Source: Stegostoma tigrinum (lineage: Eukaryota). Taken from it: 64,000 nucleotides of DNA. Positions 61,070 to 64,000 of the stretch are shown one piece after another (the stretch's first letter is position 1; the number at the start of each line of letters is the position of its first letter). Under the pieces are notes generated by a model. That model made no database searches, had not been told where the DNA came from, and saw only the letters and a program-made list of their open reading frames with translations. The position numbers were made by a program, and so were the translations under genes. The stretch spans positions 39,805,979-39,869,978 of the forward strand of contig NC_081358.1 in assembly GCF_030684315.1 (NCBI RefSeq). The letters run 5' to 3'.

Positions 61070-61500
61070 ATGTAGGATCGGAATTAAATCATTCAGCCCA
61101 TAGAGTCTGCTCCACCATTTGATCATGGCTGTTATGTTTCTCACCCTTATTCTCCTCCTGTTCTTCCTGTTAGGTTTGAACCCCTTACTAATCAAGAAAC
61201 TATCTATGTCCCAAATATGAGATAACAAGGTGTAGAGCTGGATGAACACAGCAGGCCAAGCAGCATCAGAGAAGCAGGAAGGCTGATGTTTCAGGCCTAG
61301 CCCCTTCCTCGCTTGTCCTCCACAGCCTGATGTGGCAATGAATTCCACAGATTCACCAGTCTTTGACTGAAGAAATTCCTTCTCATCTCCGTTCTAAAGG
61401 GTCATCCCTTCACTCTGTGGCTATACCCTCAAGTCCTAATCTCTCCTACTGGTGGAAACATCTTTTCTGTATCCACTCTATCTAGCCTCTCAGTATTATC
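61070..61500 (-). mobile_element. Decayed CR1 3' end
   Basis: ATTCAGCCCATAGAGTCTGCTCCACCATTTGATCATGGCTG and GGCAATGAATTCCACAGATTCACC motifs. Confidence 0.7.
61219..61310 (-). mobile_element. Solo PLE terminus fragment (decayed HHR) inserted in a CR1 3' end
   Basis: GAGATAACAAGGTGTAGAGCTGGATGAACACAGCAGGCCAAGCAGCATC...TTTCAGGCCTAG matches the 6837/14033 subfamily. Confidence 0.8.
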
Positions 61501-61949
61501 CTCATAGCTGAAGTCAAATTTTGGTTGATAACATTCCTGTGAAGTTCCTGGAGATGTTTTATTTTGTTAAAAGAATTACTCCGCTACAAATTGTTAATTT
61601 AAAATTTGTTTTAACTACTCTTCTGAGGCGATTAGGCTTAGTACGCCATAAGTATATTTGCTCCTAATTGCTGATGTTCCTTTTAGAAAAACTTTGCTGA
61701 CAGTTTTTTTTGAGGGCTGAGATTTAGAGATCTTCAAAATATGTTCTACTGGAAATGGTATATTACAACTGTTGGTTTACAAATGTCAAAAGATCTGTAA
61801 CTTGGAACGAAAAGAATATTTAGCACATCATGCTGGCTTAGGTACCAAATTCTCCTCTTTGAAGGAGAAAATGTTTCTACTCCGTTCTCTCCTATTCTCT
61901 GTTAGCTCTCTCAATAAAACTCCATATTGTTGAAAATGATAAATGCAAT

Positions 61950-62975
61950 CAAACTCTGGAATAGGAGCAAAATTTCAAGGGCTAATGCTATTCTGGCTGA
62001 GCTGTTTAAGGCCAGTAGACAATATGGACAAGAAGCTCATTGAACCCTCAGTCTGTGTGAGGTAGGGAACCATTCCACAAGAATGCAAATGCGTCTCCAT
62101 TGTCCATCTTTACAAGCAGGAAGGACCTTGCCTATCTTGAGATATTCCTAGATGAATCTCTCTCTTCATCAGCAGCAAAGTCTTTGCCACAATTGCTCTG
62201 AACGATTTCGTGCAAGATCTTGATCAGGATTGGCTGACAGAGACCTCCAGGAGAGTCGCCGAAAACAGAATATGAATGTCTACATCACTTTTATTGTCCT
62301 GACCAAGGCCTTTGACACAGTTAGCTCTGAAGACCTTTAGTTTACAGGGAAATAATCTTCACAATGGTTCAACAGCTTCATGTGACATGGCTGATGGTGA
62401 ATATTCTGAATCATTCCCTTTGCTAATGAAACCAAACAAGTTGCAAGCTTGTACCAACTCTCTTCAGCATATTTTTCCCTGCCATTCTATACAGTGCCTG
62501 ACATGAAGGTGATTCTAGCGTTGCAGTCAGATAGTAGATAGATGGAAAACTCTTCAGTTTAAGACCAGTTTAGGCAAGATATAAGGCCTGTGTATTTGTG
62601 ACGTGCTGTTTGCCAGTGAATGTGCAGTAGGTGCTGATTCAGATCTGGACATGGAATGCAGGAAGGATTGGTTCTTTTATGCATCCGTAACTTTAGCCTT
62701 ATGATCAGTATGAGGAACACTGAAGCAATGTTCTGTCAACCATGGATAAGTTTTGCTTACCTTGGAGGTATACTCTCTTTAGGTTTCTATAATGATGATG
62801 GGAACATGTAAGAAGCAAGCATTATCTTTTGGCAGATTTTGAACGTTGACAATGAAACCAAGAGGAACAGGGTTTCCTAACAAACTGAAAATCTGTTGAA
62901 CAATAGTCCTGCCTACTTGACTGTATACATGAGAAACTTGGGCTGTGTACCAGCATCATACCAAGAACCTCATTA
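61950..62975 (+). pseudogene. Decayed RTE-clade (BovB-like) LINE RT region
   Basis: Frameshifted remnants of SIVHLYK, FIxLTKAFDTVS, PTLFSIFF, LLFA(DD)CA and FAYLGGILS in the expected order. Confidence 0.7.
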
Positions 62976-62989
62976 TGATCATGCCTGAT

Positions 62990-64000
62990 GATCCAACTCA
63001 GTACCTTATTTTTGCTTTCTCCCCATATCCTTTGATTCCTTTAGCCCTGAGAACTACATCTAAATCTTCTTAAACATTCAATGCTTTGATCTCAACTGCT
63101 TTCTGTGGTTGAGAATTCCACAGGCTCACCAATCTCTGGATGAAGAAACACCTCATTGTATCAATTCCAAATGGCCTACCTCATATCCTTAGATTGTGAC
63201 CCCCCTCACTGCAAACATCCTTCCTGTGTTTACCCTGTCTAGTCCTGTTAGGATTTTATCGGTTTCTATGAGATCTCTCTAATGCCAAACATTGAATGTA
63301 TTCAAGAGCTGACTAGATATAGCACTTGGGGCAAATAGGATCAAAGGTTATGCGGAGAAAGCAGGATTAGTTGGATGACCAACCATGATCGTAAAGAATG
63401 GTAGACCAGGCTCAAAGGGCCAAATAGCCGCCTCCTGCTCCGATCTTCTGTGTTTCATTCTTGCAAACTCCAGTGAAAATATCATAGAATCAGTCCTAAA
63501 ATAGTCTCAAACAGAACATCCTCCTTTAGATAAGGAGACCAAAATCGTACCTAGTCCTCCAACTGTGATCTCACTAAGGCCCTTTGCTATTAAAATAAGA
63601 CATCCCTCCCCCATATGCAACTCCTGTCATTTTGAAGGCCAACAGACCATTTGGTTTCTTTACCACCTGCTTCAGCTGGATGTTTAGAAGAGAACCAGAG
63701 TCTTAGGAACAGAATTCTCCTTCTGAAGAGTCATATTGGATTTGAAATGTTAATTTTGTTTCAGTCTTCACAGATGCTGCCAGACCACTTGAGTTTCTTT
63801 AGCAATTCCCATTTTTGTTTATGGGGACCAGGAATTAGCAGAGGAGTTGAATAAATACTTTGCATGAATCTTCGCAGTAGACAACATTAATCACATTCCA
63901 AAAATACTAAATCTAGTGGAGAAAATATGGACAGCAAATAAATACAGTAGCTATCTCTGGAGAAAATGTAGTTAGGAAGCTAATAGGTCTAAAGGTCAAG
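62990..64000. mobile_element. Cluster of nested CR1 fragments on both strands, running off the window end
   Basis: Minus CR1 3' region at ~62990-63270 and ~63455-63660; plus 3' end at ~63280-63455; AEELNKYFA-like plus fragment from ~63820. Confidence 0.65.
63721..63820 (+). mobile_element. Old PLE terminus with a degenerate HHR
   Basis: CTGAAGAGTCATATTGGATTTGAAATGTT...CACAGATGCTGCCAGACC; homologous to 6746-6820 on the opposite strand. Confidence 0.55.

Overview
Non-coding, repeat-rich vertebrate DNA, most likely from a shark (inferred from HE1-like tRNA SINEs, HER1/CR1 LINEs and SacSINE1-like DeuSINEs). I see no convincing host protein-coding exon. The dominant feature is a young ~4.5 kb Penelope-like retroelement (PLE, Neptune-type; 20973-25453). 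It has an uninterrupted ~1,050-codon RT + GIY-YIG frame, an ~860 bp inverted copy of its 3' end at its 5' side, a 15-bp target-site duplication (TSD), and minimal hammerhead-ribozyme (HHR) motifs, including a tandem HHR pair. The same HHR-bearing terminus is scattered through the window as 90-220 bp non-coding insertions. Several are head-to-head palindromes with their own 13-16 bp TSDs, and an unrelated second HHR family shows the same architecture. The rest is nested, decayed CR1, L2, RTE and PLE LINEs, SINEs, one (TG)n tract, and repeat-poor stretches that look like conserved non-coding elements. Family names come from recalled motifs, not database searches. Boundaries of old repeats are approximate.
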